A stretch of 64,000 nt of DNA, taken from assembly GCA_950097015.1 (NCBI GenBank), contig CATNEN010000038.1, positions 28,148,001-28,212,000 on the forward strand. Direction: 5' to 3'. The translations under genes were made by a program, and so were the position numbers. Under the pieces are notes generated by a model. It was not told the DNA's origin and ran no database searches. It worked only from the letters and a program-made list of their open reading frames with translations. This DNA is from Macrostomum hystrix. Its lineage: Eukaryota > Animalia > Platyhelminthes. Positions 37,261 through 50,100 of the stretch are shown here, in pieces (the stretch's first letter is position 1; each line of letters begins with the position of its first letter).

Positions 37261-40200
37261 TCAGATGGCGCCGCTACCCTCGTCGCCGTCTTCATCCCGA
37301 CGGTGCTGCTGTTGACGCTTCTTACTAAGCGCGGCCTGAACTTCGGCCGATTTCGAGTCCACACCGGGCAAGCCTTGCAGGACGCTCTCGAGGAATTCCG
37401 GATCTTCCAGGGCTTCGTCGTCCAGATCGTCGGCAGCCGGCTGCGGCTGATTGGTCGCGGCCGAATTAGACTGCGGCACCTGTTTGTCCTCGGCCGGGTC
37501 GACTTTGATCTTCTTACTGGGCGGATCCAAGCGGCCTTCGCTGGACGGCTGGGCGGGACCGGCGGTTGAACCGGATGGAGTTTCGGGTCCGCCCACGCCT
37601 CCAACGCCGAGGTCCGTCTGCAGGGACATCCGCAGAGCCATGGCGATCTGCTGCTCCTCCGTCATGTTCTCCAGCATGTCGATATCAGTGTCCATGGACA
37701 CACCTGCGATGCGGGATGATTGATGCTTAAGGATTTGATTGACTTAATAGATTGATCTATTGATTGACTCATTAGATTGATCAATTGATTGACTCATTAG
37801 ATTGATCTATTGATTGACTCATTAGATTGATCTATTGATTGACTCATTAGATTGATCTATTGATTGACTCATTAGATTGATCTATTGATTGACTCATTAG
37901 ATTGATCTATTGATTGACTCATTAGATTGATCAATTGATTGACTCATTAGATTGATCTATTGATTGACTCATTAGATTGATCTATTGATTGACTCATTAG
38001 ATTGATCTATTGATTGACTCATTAGATTGATCTATTGATTGACTCATTAGATTGATCTATTGATTGACTCATTAGATTGATCTATTGATTGACTCATTAG
38101 ATTGATCTATTGATTGACTCATTAGATTGATCTATTGATTGACTCATTAGATTGATCTATTGATTGACTCATTAGATTGATCTATTGATTGACTCATTAG
38201 ATTTATCTATTGATTGACTCATTAGATTTATCTATTGATTGACTCATTAGATTTATCTATTGATTGAGTCGTCACTCCCAATCTACTCACCAGTATCGGC
38301 GCCGCCCATAACTCTAGCCAGCATGGCCTCTTCGGCAGTGCGCGGCCCGTCCGAAGAGGCTCCTCCGCCCGCAGCGACAACTCCGCCAGCCAGACTGCCG
38401 CCGTCCTGGTTGGCATTCTGCTGCTCCTGCCTGGCCCGCTGCTCCTCCATGGAGACGCGCAGAGCCAGGGCCAGCTCCGGGTCGTCCTGGGCGTCGACCC
38501 CGAAGTCGTAGCCGCCGCCGTAGCCGGGCGGCAGCGAGCCGGCGCCGTCTTCGCCGACGATGATTGGACTCACCTGGGAGGCAGTGGGATTCCAGTGCTT
38601 TCATGATCTGGGAGTTTTTATTGACAATTTGGGAATGCTTTAATGTATTCACTACTTCAAAAGGGATTTAGGTATTTCAAAAAGTTGAGGTGATCGTTAA
38701 AATACGAAATAAGGGATATTCCGATGAAGGGATTTATTAAAAAAGCGAACTTGGGACATTGTGTTCATAGCAATTCAATAGAATTTTAAACAAAGTTTTT
38801 CACGAAATTTTAATGCGAGGGAAATTATTAGAAAATTAGGAGATTTAGGGCTTTTGATGATAATAATAATAACTGCAGGAGGGCTGCGGGCACATTATCA
38901 TGCTGAAACTAGACCCGCAGCCATCGAGGAGGCGATTCCGCCCATTTCGCTGACTCCTGAGCACACACTCCTGAGAACCCTTTAGAGTTTTGAATAAGTG
39001 AATGATAGATTTAAAAAAAATCTCACCATGAGACTATCGTGCAGCATAGATCCGGCAGTGACAGTGACCAGGTGAGACCCGGTGCCGTCCTTGCCATTGA
39101 CGGCCTCCAGCATGGCGGTCAGCTTCGCCTGGTTGGCCTCCTCTTCGCCGAAGTTCACCACATCCAGGCTGACATTCTCCTTCTTTAGTCGCTTGCCGAG
39201 GCGGACAAGCTCCTTGATTGGGAGGGGAGCAAGTTGCTAGTGCGGGGATAATATTATACGCAACTGAATAATTCGGTTTAGGGATTTGGGAAGAATGTCT
39301 GTTCATTTTGGGGTGTTTATAAGTGTATAAAGCTCGTATTTAGTTTTAGGGATTTTGCAATTTGTTTATTCAATAATGGGATTAATGAAAAAAATAATTT
39401 CTTGATTTTTGGGAATTGTTAAAAATGCATTTTCATTTTTGGAAATGAGAAGAATGGCTATTAAATTTGGGGATTTGGGAATAATTGCTAATTAGTTTCG
39501 AGATTAATGAAGAATGGCTACTTAATTTGTGGATTAATGAAGAATGGCTACCTAATTTGGGGATCAAGGAAAAGTAGTAATAAATTTTGGGATTTGAGAA
39601 AGAATGGAAACCGAAATTTGAGTATGTGCAATTCTAGCAGGCTGTTTAAATGATTGCTTCAAGAAAAAATATTGCCACGCTTAAGATCTAAACAAAAGAA
39701 TAGAAAATTAATAACCTTCTCGTCCTCTTCAATAGGGGAGCCGACAAAGGCAACGATGCGCATTCGCTGATTGCGACTCTGCCGATGCCGCAGAGCCAGG
39801 TGAGCGATGCGAATCGAAGTGCCAAACTGGATACCACCGCGCGGCTGCACCGACTGCAGGCGGGACATCACCTTTTGGGCGTCCGGTGACAGAGTCACCA
39901 GCACCTCGGCGCCTGCCATGCAGATGAGGCCAACCTTGACAAAGATTGGCAAGAGAGGCTTTGGAGCTGTGCTTAACAAGTGATGATTCTAGTGTCTAAC
40001 AGGTGATGATTCTAGTGTCTAACAGGTAATGATTCTAGTGTCTAACAGGTAATGATTCTAGTGTCTAACAGGTGATGATTTTAGTGTCTAACAGGTGATG
40101 ATTCTAGTGTCTAACAGGTGATGATTCTAGTGTCTAACAGGTGATGATTCTAGTGTCTAACAGGTAATGATTCTAGTGTCTAACAGGTGATGATTCTAGT

Positions 40201-40952
40201 GTCTAACAGGTAATGATTCTAGTGTCTAACAGGTAATGATTCTAGTGTCTAACAGGTGATGATTTTAGTGTCTAACAGGTGATAATTCTAGTGTCTAACA
40301 GGTGATGATTTTAGTGTCTAACAGGTGATGATTCTAGTGTCTAACAGGTGATGATTCTAGTGTCTAACAGGTGATGATTATAGTGTCTAACAGGTGGTGA
40401 TTCTAGTGTCTAACAGGTGGTGATTCTAGTGTCTAACAGGTGATGATTCTAGTGTCTAACAGGTGATGATTCTAGTGTCTAACAGGTGATGATTCTAGTG
40501 TCTAACAGGTGATGATTCTAGTGTCTAACAGGTGATGATTCTAGTGTCTAACAGGTGATGATTCTAGTGTCTAACAGGTGATGATTCTAGTGTCTAACAG
40601 GTGGTGATTCTAGTGTCTAACAGGTGGTGATTCTAGTGTCTAACAGGTGATGATTCTAGTGTCTAACAGGTGATGATTCTAGTGTCTAACAGGTGATGAT
40701 TCTAGTGTCTAACAGGTGATGATTCTAGTGTCTAACAGGTGGTGATTTTAGTGTCTAACAGGCGAGGAGTTAGTACATGAATCTGATTAACACAAACAAA
40801 GAGTAATTTACCGTATTCTCAGCGTTTGACTTTTTCGAATGGCACACCAAACTGACAGCGTCCTGTTGCGCCAGGAGCCTGGTTGGCACAAAGTCGCCAT
40901 TCCTGGCATAGTCAGAATTGTCAACGCAGATTACTGTAGCTTCGAGTACCAT
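37261..40952 (-). CDS. PSMD4: 26S proteasome ubiquitin receptor Rpn10/S5a (about 423 aa)
   Basis: Exons 40952-40812, 39934-39716, 39212-39027, 38573-38291, 37703-37261. vWA domain [45 protein letters not shown]. UIMs [15 protein letters not shown] and [15 protein letters not shown]-terminal [16 protein letters not shown]. Confidence 0.96.
37735..38268. repeat. PSMD4 intron minisatellite, 25-bp unit (ATTGATCTATTGATTGACTCATTAG)
   Basis: About 21 copies. Confidence 0.97.
39975..40762. repeat. PSMD4 intron minisatellite, 23-bp unit (GTGTCTAACAGGTGATGATTCTA)
   Basis: About 34 copies. Confidence 0.97.
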
Positions 40953-41871
40953 TGTTCTGATTGGCGCGCTATTGTTAATTAACGTTTATTTATATAGCTG
41001 GAAATGGAATGTTTAATAACAATAAATGACATATTTTTCTACGAATACATGATTATTATGCTAAAAACCCTTATCGCCTACTAATAAGTAGACAATATAA
41101 GTTTTATAGACGTCAAAAACTAAGATAAGCTAGTTTTTTAGTAGGCAAAATGATATTAATAAAAACAACACAGATACTAACTTTTGTCCGAGAAGCGAGG
41201 CAATAGATATACTCGCAGTCAAATTTAATTATTACAAGAAACTATAATCAAGGCAGCGCAGAAATATATTACCAAAACGGTTGCAGGCGAAACAAAAAAT
41301 AAACTATTGCAAAGTAGCCAGAAAAACAGAAATTGTATCACTTCAATCCACTCTTTTATAAATCCTGGCTACCTTACAAAATATTTACAATAGTTAAGTA
41401 AAATGGAAGAGGTAAATGAAAAATAAAAGTAACCTAAAATAGTAACAAACATGTGATGTGTCATTAATAATTCATAATTAAATCGTTTCAGCAAGCGATT
41501 GTCGCTTTCTAGTCTAGTAAAACTAACGACAAAAATAGTTCAGGATACGCAATTCGGATATAAAAACTATATTTTTATTACTCAATGGCAAGGCTTTGGT
41601 AATAACAAACACAAATAAAAATGTGTACTGAAATACAGTAAGTTTTAGAAAACGAAAAATAATATAAGCCAGTGTTCACTGCAAACAAAAACTACTTAGA
41701 AGTAGAGGATTATATATCAGAACATGCTTAAATAACTAAAAAAGCACACATTTAAAAGGCGATTAATGATATAGTCACACGGTGAAGCATTACATTAGTA
41801 TGAAATTAATATTAAAAGTAACCGGATACTGATTTGAAAAAGTAACGGCACTTTAAAAGTGTAACAAGTAA

Positions 41872-42727
41872 TGGGTTTAAGCAGAATGTGCACACATTGA
41901 GGGCGGGGCAGAAGTTATCTTGGGTTCATTTGGAGTGTGCACATTGTGTACATCTAGGGCAGGGCAGAAGTTATCTAGGGTTCAAGCGGAGTGTGCGTAC
42001 ATTGAGGGCGGGGCTGAAGTTATCTAGGGTTTAAGCGGAGTGTGCGTACATCTAGGGCAGGGCAGAAGTTATCTAGGGTTCAAGCGGAGTGTGCGTACAT
42101 CTAGGGCAGGGCAGAAGTTATCTAGGGTTCACGCGGAGTGTGCGTACATTGAGGGCGGGGCTGAAGTTATCTAGGGTTCAAGCGGAGTGTGCGTACATCT
42201 AGGGCAGGGCAGAAGTTATCTAGGGTTCACGCGGAGTGTGTGTACACTGAGGGCAGGGCAGAAGTTATCTAGGGTTCACGCGGAGTGTGTGTACATTGAG
42301 GGCGGGGCTGAAGTTATCTAGGGTTCAAGCGGAGTGTGCGTACATCTAGGGCAGGGCAGAAGTTATCTAGGGTTCACGCGGAGTGTGCGTACATTGAGGG
42401 CAGGGCTGAAGTTATCTAGGGTTCACGCGGAGTGTGCGTACATCTAGGGCAGCGCAGAAGTTATCTAGGGTTCAAGCGGAGTGTGCGTACATTGAGGGCG
42501 GGGAAGAAGGTAGCTAGGGTTCACGCGGAGTGTGCGTACATTGAGGGCGGGGCTGAAGTTATCTAGGGTTCACGCGGAGTGTGCGTACATCTAGGGCAGC
42601 GCAGAAGTTATCTAGGGTTCAAGCGGAGTGTGCGTACATTGAGGGCGGGGAAGAAGGTAGCTAGGGTTCACGCGGAGTGTGCGTACATTGAGGGCGGGGC
42701 TGAAGTTATCTAGGGTTCACGCGGAGA
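41872..42727. repeat. Intergenic 49-bp minisatellite with variant units
   Basis: About 17 copies. Confidence 0.95.
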
Positions 42728-43484
42728 GTGCAAAAAGGATTGAGGCCAGTGAGGCTTAAAAAACTATGCGTCAAAGAAATTATGATGAAAAAACATTGTC
42801 ATGCGGTTATTAGTGCTTGAATAAATGTATAATAAAGTGGAATAGAAACATTTTATTGATCACAGGCGACAATCAGCATGCTTAATGAGCTCCGATAATA
42901 AACTAACTACAGCCAAATTTGAAATATATAATGATTCTTTGTTCAGACAACTTATATGTATCAAAAACAAATAAATATCAAGATCTAGTTCATTAATGGA
43001 AGACCAAAGTAGAGACTTTCATGTCAAAATTAAAGTTTTAACTACGAAAAATTACGCAATGATGTATGAAAAAATCATTTTGTTAGACAGACACAAAGAG
43101 CTTTAATTTTCGCAAAAAAATAATCTGCTTGTACTCGTACTGTTAGCAGCAAAAAATGAAACATATTATTAACCAATAACTATATCTCTGTGACTCACAT
43201 TTGTGTAAAAAATGCTACAATTTACAAATAGCTGACTGTACCGAGAATACCGCAAAGCACAAGGAAGCGCGACTGATCTGATAGAGTGCAAGGCGAAAAT
43301 CTGTTTTATAGCCATCATGCGATGATAATCCTTACATCGAGTGTAGTTGTATCTACTTAAAGTAGTGCAGCAGTAGCGATATTATATTTTTAGTGCGAAA
43401 TCGATGAAAAAGAGAGAAAGACAGAATGAAAAATTAGAAACATAAAAAAATACTTGCTCGTAAACTAAAAATTACAAAAACAAT

Positions 43485-44160
43485 GACACTAATCTACCCA
43501 ATAGACAGACTGGATGATAATCTACCCAGTGGACAGGACGATAATCTACCCAGTGGACAGGACGATAATCTACCCAGTGGACAGGATGATAATCTACCCA
43601 GTGGACAGGATGATAATCTACCCAGTGGACAGGATGATAATCTACCCAGTGGACAGGATGATAATCAACCCAGTGGACAGGATGATAATCTACCCATCGG
43701 ACAGGACGATAATCTACCCAGTGGACAGGACGATAATCTACCCAGTGGACAGGATGATAATCTACCCAGTGGACAGGATGATAATCTACCCAGTGGACAG
43801 GATGATAATCAACCCAGTGGACAGGATGATAATCTACCCATCGGACAGGACGATAATCTACCCAGTGGACAGGACGATAATCTACCCAGTGGACAGGATG
43901 ATAATCTACCCAGTGGGGGCAGGATGATAATCTACCCAGTGGACAGGATGATAATCTACCCAGTGGAAGGACGATAATCTACCCAGTGGACAGGATGATA
44001 ATCTACCCAGTGGACAGGATGATAATCTACCCAGTGGACAGGACGATAATCTACCCAGTGGACAGGATGATAATCTACCCAGTGGACAGGACGATAATCT
44101 ACCCAGTGGACAGGACGATAATCTACCCAGTGGACAGGATGATACTCTAGCCACTGGACG
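43485..44160. repeat. 24-bp minisatellite (CAGTGGACAGGATGATAATCTACC) abutting the NRBP stop codon
   Basis: About 27 copies. Confidence 0.97.
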
Positions 44161-47100
44161 CCACCTCAGCGCTAGCAGACATTGTCACAGGGATTAAATC
44201 ATCATGCTTAACCTGCCCGCCGTCGCTGCTACACCTAGCCAAGTCGTCGTCATCAGCATCGCCATCGATGCCGTCAACATCGGCGTTGTTATTAGCTTTG
44301 CCGCCGCTCTGACCGCCGACGCTGATTCGACTAACCGGTAGGCGAACATCGCCGGCGTTCAACATTCGTTGAATCCAGCATCGATCAGTGGACAAAGCTA
44401 GTCGAGAATCGTCGTCGTCAGTTTCAGCGACTGTCCAAGGAAACTGAGCGGCCAATTCTTCGGCAAACTCAGCGTCTGGCAAATAGTCTTCGGGAAATTC
44501 TGTACAGGGCGGCATAACCAAAGGCCGGCCAGTGGCTTTGTCGCGCAAGCAGGTGCACGGCTGACGGCCTCGATGGCGCATCTCGTAGCGTATTTCGGAT
44601 TCGCCAATACGGCCAGGCGGATAGCGCAGGCGTTGTTGCAGAAAATACGGATAGGGAATCTGGTGCTGCAGATGCAGAAACCATAACATAAAAGCGCTGA
44701 TGCCGCACTCCTTTGCAGATTGTTCTCGGCAGTGATAGCAACGCGAAATTAGATAGGGCGGCAGGTAGGACTTAGTTAAATAGTCGCTGCGATCGTGCCA
44801 GCGACATTCCCGATAACGACGGCACTGATGAGAGCAGCCCCAGTGAATGGGATTCGGTGGCACCTCGGGGCGCGGCGCCACAGCCAATATGTGACCGGCG
44901 GTGCGCGAGCCGCTAGCCAGATTGGCAATTGACGGGGCCTGTTGAGAAGTGGAAAATTCCATAGAATAAGATATGGCACAAAATCTATATATATAAAAGT
45001 GAAAACTCTGTCTGTGTGTGTGTGTGTCTGTCTGTGTGTGTGCAACCTTTTGTCTTTATAGACGCCGAAACCGCTCAACCAAATTGCACCAAACTTTGCA
45101 CATACCTAAAACCACCTACGCTGAGTGCAATAGGCTACTCAAATTCCCGAAAAATCATTTCCTTCCTGCTCAAAAGTGCAAAAAACTGCTCAAAAATCGT
45201 CAAAAAATCACTCAATTCGACATATCGTCGCCCCACTTTGTCAGATTTTCTCCAAATTTGATCCACTTACACTTTACATGTTTTCCAACAATGCTGTCAA
45301 TTTTGAACATCTCTACTCAATCCAGAGCAAAGCTGCATCATCTCAAAGTGAGTCACTTTTTGTTTTCCGAGGACAGCCACCCCAACTCCCCTCCGCCACT
45401 CTGCGGGCCAAATTTTATTACAGCCACCCCCTCCCTTCCCCGGGCGCCGAAGCCCCAGACTGTACATTGTATTTTAAGACGTGAATGTACACAGCCCAAA
45501 CCCCTAGACTGTCTACTGGCCCCCAAGCAGCACTGAGACTGAGTGCGGTGAGTGCGGTGGCGTCCCAGTGCGCAGGGCTCTCCAGCCAGCCTGGGATAGA
45601 AGAAAGAGAGAGGCTGGCGATCAACTGATGGGTGGTGTCACTCTGCTGCTGTCTGGAGACTTTAGACAGACGCTGCCTGTGATTCCGCGTGGCACTCCTG
45701 CTGATGAGATTAATGCTTGCCTAAAATCATCTCACCTGTGGCCATCGGTTGTGAAGTTGCACCTACGAACAAACATGAGAGCTACAATTCAAGGAGACGA
45801 AACAGCTCATGAGTTCTCTGCCAATCTATTGCGAATCGGCAATGGTCTGCTGGAGATTAGCACCGAGGATGGGCAGTCATCGATCGCTACAATCGGAACC
45901 ATTGTGCAGTCAGTGCAGGAGCTCAAGGCAAAAGTTTACCCGAACCTGATGGTTCGATATGCTGACGTTGACTGGCTGTCAGAGAGGGCAATTCTGTGTC
46001 CTAGAAATGATGCCGCCAACGAAATTAACTACCAACTGCTTCAGGAGTTGCCAGGTGCAGTTTTCACCTACAAGTCAATTGATACAACGTTGACTGATGA
46101 CACCGCTGTGGAGTATCCTGTTGAGTTTCTGAACTCTCTAGATCCTCCTGCAACTCCATCGCACAACTTGCAGCTGAAAGTTGGGGCACCAATTATGCTC
46201 CTCCGCAACCTGAATGCGCCAAGGCTGTGTAACGGCACCCGACTGATAGTCAGGCGGCTCTTCCCACACGTGATTGAGGCCACGATAATGACTGGATCTG
46301 GCAGAGGAGAGTCTGTGTTCGTTCCCCGGATTCCAATTATCCCCACGGACCTGCCATTTCAGTTCAAGCGACTGCAGTTCCCTGTGAGAGTGTGCTTTGC
46401 GATGACTATTAACAAGGCTCAGGGACAGTCGCTGAAGGTGGCTGGCATCAACCTGGAGACTCCTTGCTTCTCGCATGGGCAGCTTTATGTCGCCTGCTCC
46501 CGTGTTGGAACTCCAGCTGGCCTATTCATTTTCGCACCAAGGGGAAGAACGAAGAATGTGGTGTATCCCCAGGCCTTGAGGTGACTCGCAAGCAATTAAT
46601 AGAAAAGTAGTCACGAATTGACCTTGACCTGTCTAACTCTGAACTCTGAAACAGTTTAATTTTGTTTCTTTGACATTGTTATTGTTATGCCATGGCTATT
46701 TTCCTTATGTATACGCGTGCACATGCATACTGTATACAGAGGCAGATTTAGGGGGGAGGGGCGGGGGGGCAGTCGCCCCCCTCAATTTTAATCATGGAAA
46801 TAAGATGCCCCTTTTCGGCCGCTGGCGCCCCTTTTTCAGCCGCTGGCTCCCGTTTTTCAGCCGCTGGCGCCCTTTCTTGGCTCCTGGCGCCCTTTTTCGG
46901 CCGCTGGCACCCACTCTGTGATTCTCATGGCGCTCCCCTGACAGACCGCCCCAAAACAAAATTCCTGGATCTGCCACTGACTGTATAGAGGAGTGGCTAA
47001 GAGACATGTTTCTAAAGAAGTAGTCAAGAGGGGGCTGTTTGGACAAACTTTTCACATATTTTTTACTTAAAACGCCCTTAAACAAACTCTTCACTTTTCA

Positions 47101-50100
47101 TTAATGCTGTAAATAAATAAATGGTGACCTTCACTATAAAGTTAATACAGAGACGTGAATTGCTTACTGCTTTGCTTTAAATTTCTGCCCCAAAAACAAC
47201 GGGCAAAAAAAGCTAGTCTATATATATAAAAGTGAAAACTCTGTCTGTCTGTCTGTCTGTCTGTGTGCAACCTTTTGTCTTTATAGACGCCGAAACCGCT
47301 CAACCAAATCGCACCAAACTTTGCACATACCTAAAACCACCTACGCTGAGTGCAATAGGCTACTCAAATTCCCGAAAAATCATTTCCTTCCTGCTCAAAA
47401 GTGCAAAAAACTGCTCAAAAATCGTAAAAATATCACTCAATTCGACATATCGTCGCCCCACTTTGTCAGATTTTCTCCAAATTTGATCCACTTACACTTT
47501 ACATGTTTTCCAACAATGCTGTCAATTTTGAACATCTCTACTCAATCCAGAGCAAAGCTGCATCATCTCAAAGTGAGTCACTTTTTGTTTTCCGAGGACA
47601 GCCACCCCAACTCCCCTCCGCCACTCTGCGGGCCAAATTTTATTACAGCCACCCCCTCCCTTCCCCGGGCGCCGAAGCCCCAGACTGTACATTGTATTTC
47701 AAGCCGTGAATGTACACAGCCCAAACCCCTAGACTGTCTCTCCAGTCGATATTTCTCTCCAGCCAGCCTGGGATAGAAGAAAGAGAGAGGCTGGCGTACA
47801 GTGCTTTGCTAAAATATACAGAGGCTTAGCCTCTCCCACTGAAGAGAAGAGAAAGAATTTTCAACACAGGTCCCCTGTCATTCGGACTACTTCTAACTTT
47901 CAGATGCCACCTAAGAAAAGTTTTTTAAGTCGCTTGACTAAAGCAGCTCGACGAGCAACAGCAAGGCCAAACGATGCAGTAGAAGACGGCGCAACAACAG
48001 CAGTACCTAGACCAAGCACCTCAGCACAGCCACAAGCAGCTTCAAGTGAAAATGAAGCTGAGCCAGTCCAGCCTTATAACCTTCGACCTCGGACAAGAGC
48101 ACAGACATCAGGCACCAGTGGAAGCAGTGCTGGAGCTGCAATAAGTTCTACAGCCAGTCACGGCAGAGACGTAGATAGGCGACGAGAGCTTAACAGAGAG
48201 CGAACTGCCGAGGCCCGTCGCAATGAGACTGCAGTCCAGACACAGCAGCGCCAAGAACTGGACAGAGACCGGACTGCCGAGGCCCGTCGCAATGAGACTG
48301 CAGTCCAGACACAGCAGCGCCAAGAACTGGACAGAGACCGGACTGCCGAGGCCCGTCGCAATGAGACTGCAGTCCAGACACAGCAGCGCCAAGAACTGGA
48401 CAGAGACCGGACTGCCGAGGCCCGTCGCAATGAGACTGCAGTCCAGACACAGCAGCGCCAAGAACTGGACAGAGACCGGACTGCCGAGGCCCGTCGCAAT
48501 GAGACTGCAGTCCAGACACAGCAGCGCCAAGAACTGGACAGAGACCGGACTGCCGAGGCCCGTCGCAATGAAACAGCCAACCAGGCTGAAGTGCGTCGGC
48601 AGGATGATCGAGAGCGGCATAGGGAACGCGCTGAGACCTTCCAATTTGTTGGACCACCCCCGGCCCCAACAAACCCCAACGTTGACGAACCTGATCAGCC
48701 AGCTGGCCCACGTCCTTGGGCACTGAATGCGGCTCTGAGTTATGATCCCACTGTTGTCTATGGTGTCCATCCTAAACTTGCGATGGCGAGAATGTCGGTC
48801 AAATGCGCACGCTGCAATGCATTAAGATGGGCCAACGAAACTCCAGGCATGTGCTGTTCCAACGGAAAGGTCATACTTGAACCTTTGAACGAGAACCTGC
48901 CACCATGCCTTCGGCATCTGTTGCTGGGTGAGACAGAAGAATCTGAGCACTTTCTATCTAATATCCGGTGCTACAACAGCTGCTTTCAAATGACTTCTTT
49001 TGGAGCTAAAAGTATTGTCCGTGAGCCAGGGTTCATGCCTGCATTCAAAGTCCAAGGTCAGGTGTACCATGACATAGGATCATTGCTACCACTGCCTGGA
49101 GAGGAGCCAAAGTTCCTGCAGATCTACTTCATGGGAGATCATCAAGAGCAGGTTGAGCGCCGATGTAGAATCGCTCCAGGAGTGCGTGCCAACATTGTAT
49201 TTGAGTTACAGGAAGTCCTGCACGAGAAAAATAATTATGTTCGTCAATTTAAAACTGCCATCGAGAGGTTGCCACGGGACACAGAGGAGCACAGAGTAGT
49301 CATTCGTGCTGATAAACGGCCTGCAGGCCAGCATGAGAGGAGATATAACGCACCAGTTGTTAACGATGTCGCAATTCAAATTGTTGGGCAGGAATTTGAG
49401 AAGCGAGACATTGTTCTGCAGCTGCGAAGCAATCAGTTGCAAAGGATTTCTGAGCTGCACAAAGCCTATGATACATTGCAGTATCCGCTTATTTTCTGGG
49501 ACGGAGAGGATGGGTACCACATCAACATCAGGCAAATTGACATTCGCACTGGAAACACATCGGCGACAAAGAATGTGTCAGCAATGGACTTCTATGCCTT
49601 TAGGCTAATGGTCCGAGAAGGAAGCTTCAACTACATTCTTAGGTGCCGAAAGCTGTTGCTTCAGTTCGCAGTGGACATGTACGCTAAAATTGAGACTGAG
49701 CGACTGAATTTCATCCGCTTTAATCAGACGAAGCTGAGGGCCGAGGAGTACATCCATCTGCGAGACGCTGTCGCCAATGAGAGAAATCCAAATGACATCG
49801 GTCAGATGGTCATCATTCTGCCATCATCTTTCACAGGTGGCCCGCGCTACATGCATGAGCGAATACAGGATGCCATGACCTACGTGAGAATGTACGGAAG
49901 ACCGGACCTCTTCATCACCTTCACATGCAACAGTGAATGGCCGGAACTAAAAGCGGAACTCATGCCGGGCCAGCAAAGTCAGGACAGGAACGACTTGGTG
50001 GCGCGAGTGTTCCAACTAAAGCTGAAACAACTTATGGAGTACATCACAAAAGGCGCCATCTTTGGTCCCACTAGATGCGACATGTACACCATTGAGTGGC

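Larger units (their letters stand above)
44984..47216 (+). mobile_element. Non-autonomous Helitron (internal deletion), copy 1
   Basis: Starts TCTATATATATAAAAG after a host A. Ends with hairpin TGCCC-N10-GGGCA (47186-47205) and CTAG (47213-47216). The junction at 45619/45620 removes the equivalent of 47797-51945 of copy 2. Confidence 0.93.

Noticed and set aside
45016-45536. ORFs in the Helitron 5' region (also 47232-47776)
   Set aside because: They start in a (TG)/(TCTG) microsatellite, differ at their ends between copies, and show no recognisable domain.
45568-46584. Host PIF1 helicase gene
   Set aside because: It is the deleted Helitron's helicase remnant, near-identical to the RepHel C-terminus and lacking Walker motifs.
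48108-48770. Antisense and alternate-frame ORFs over the RepHel repeats
   Set aside because: By-product of the 69-bp tandem repeat.
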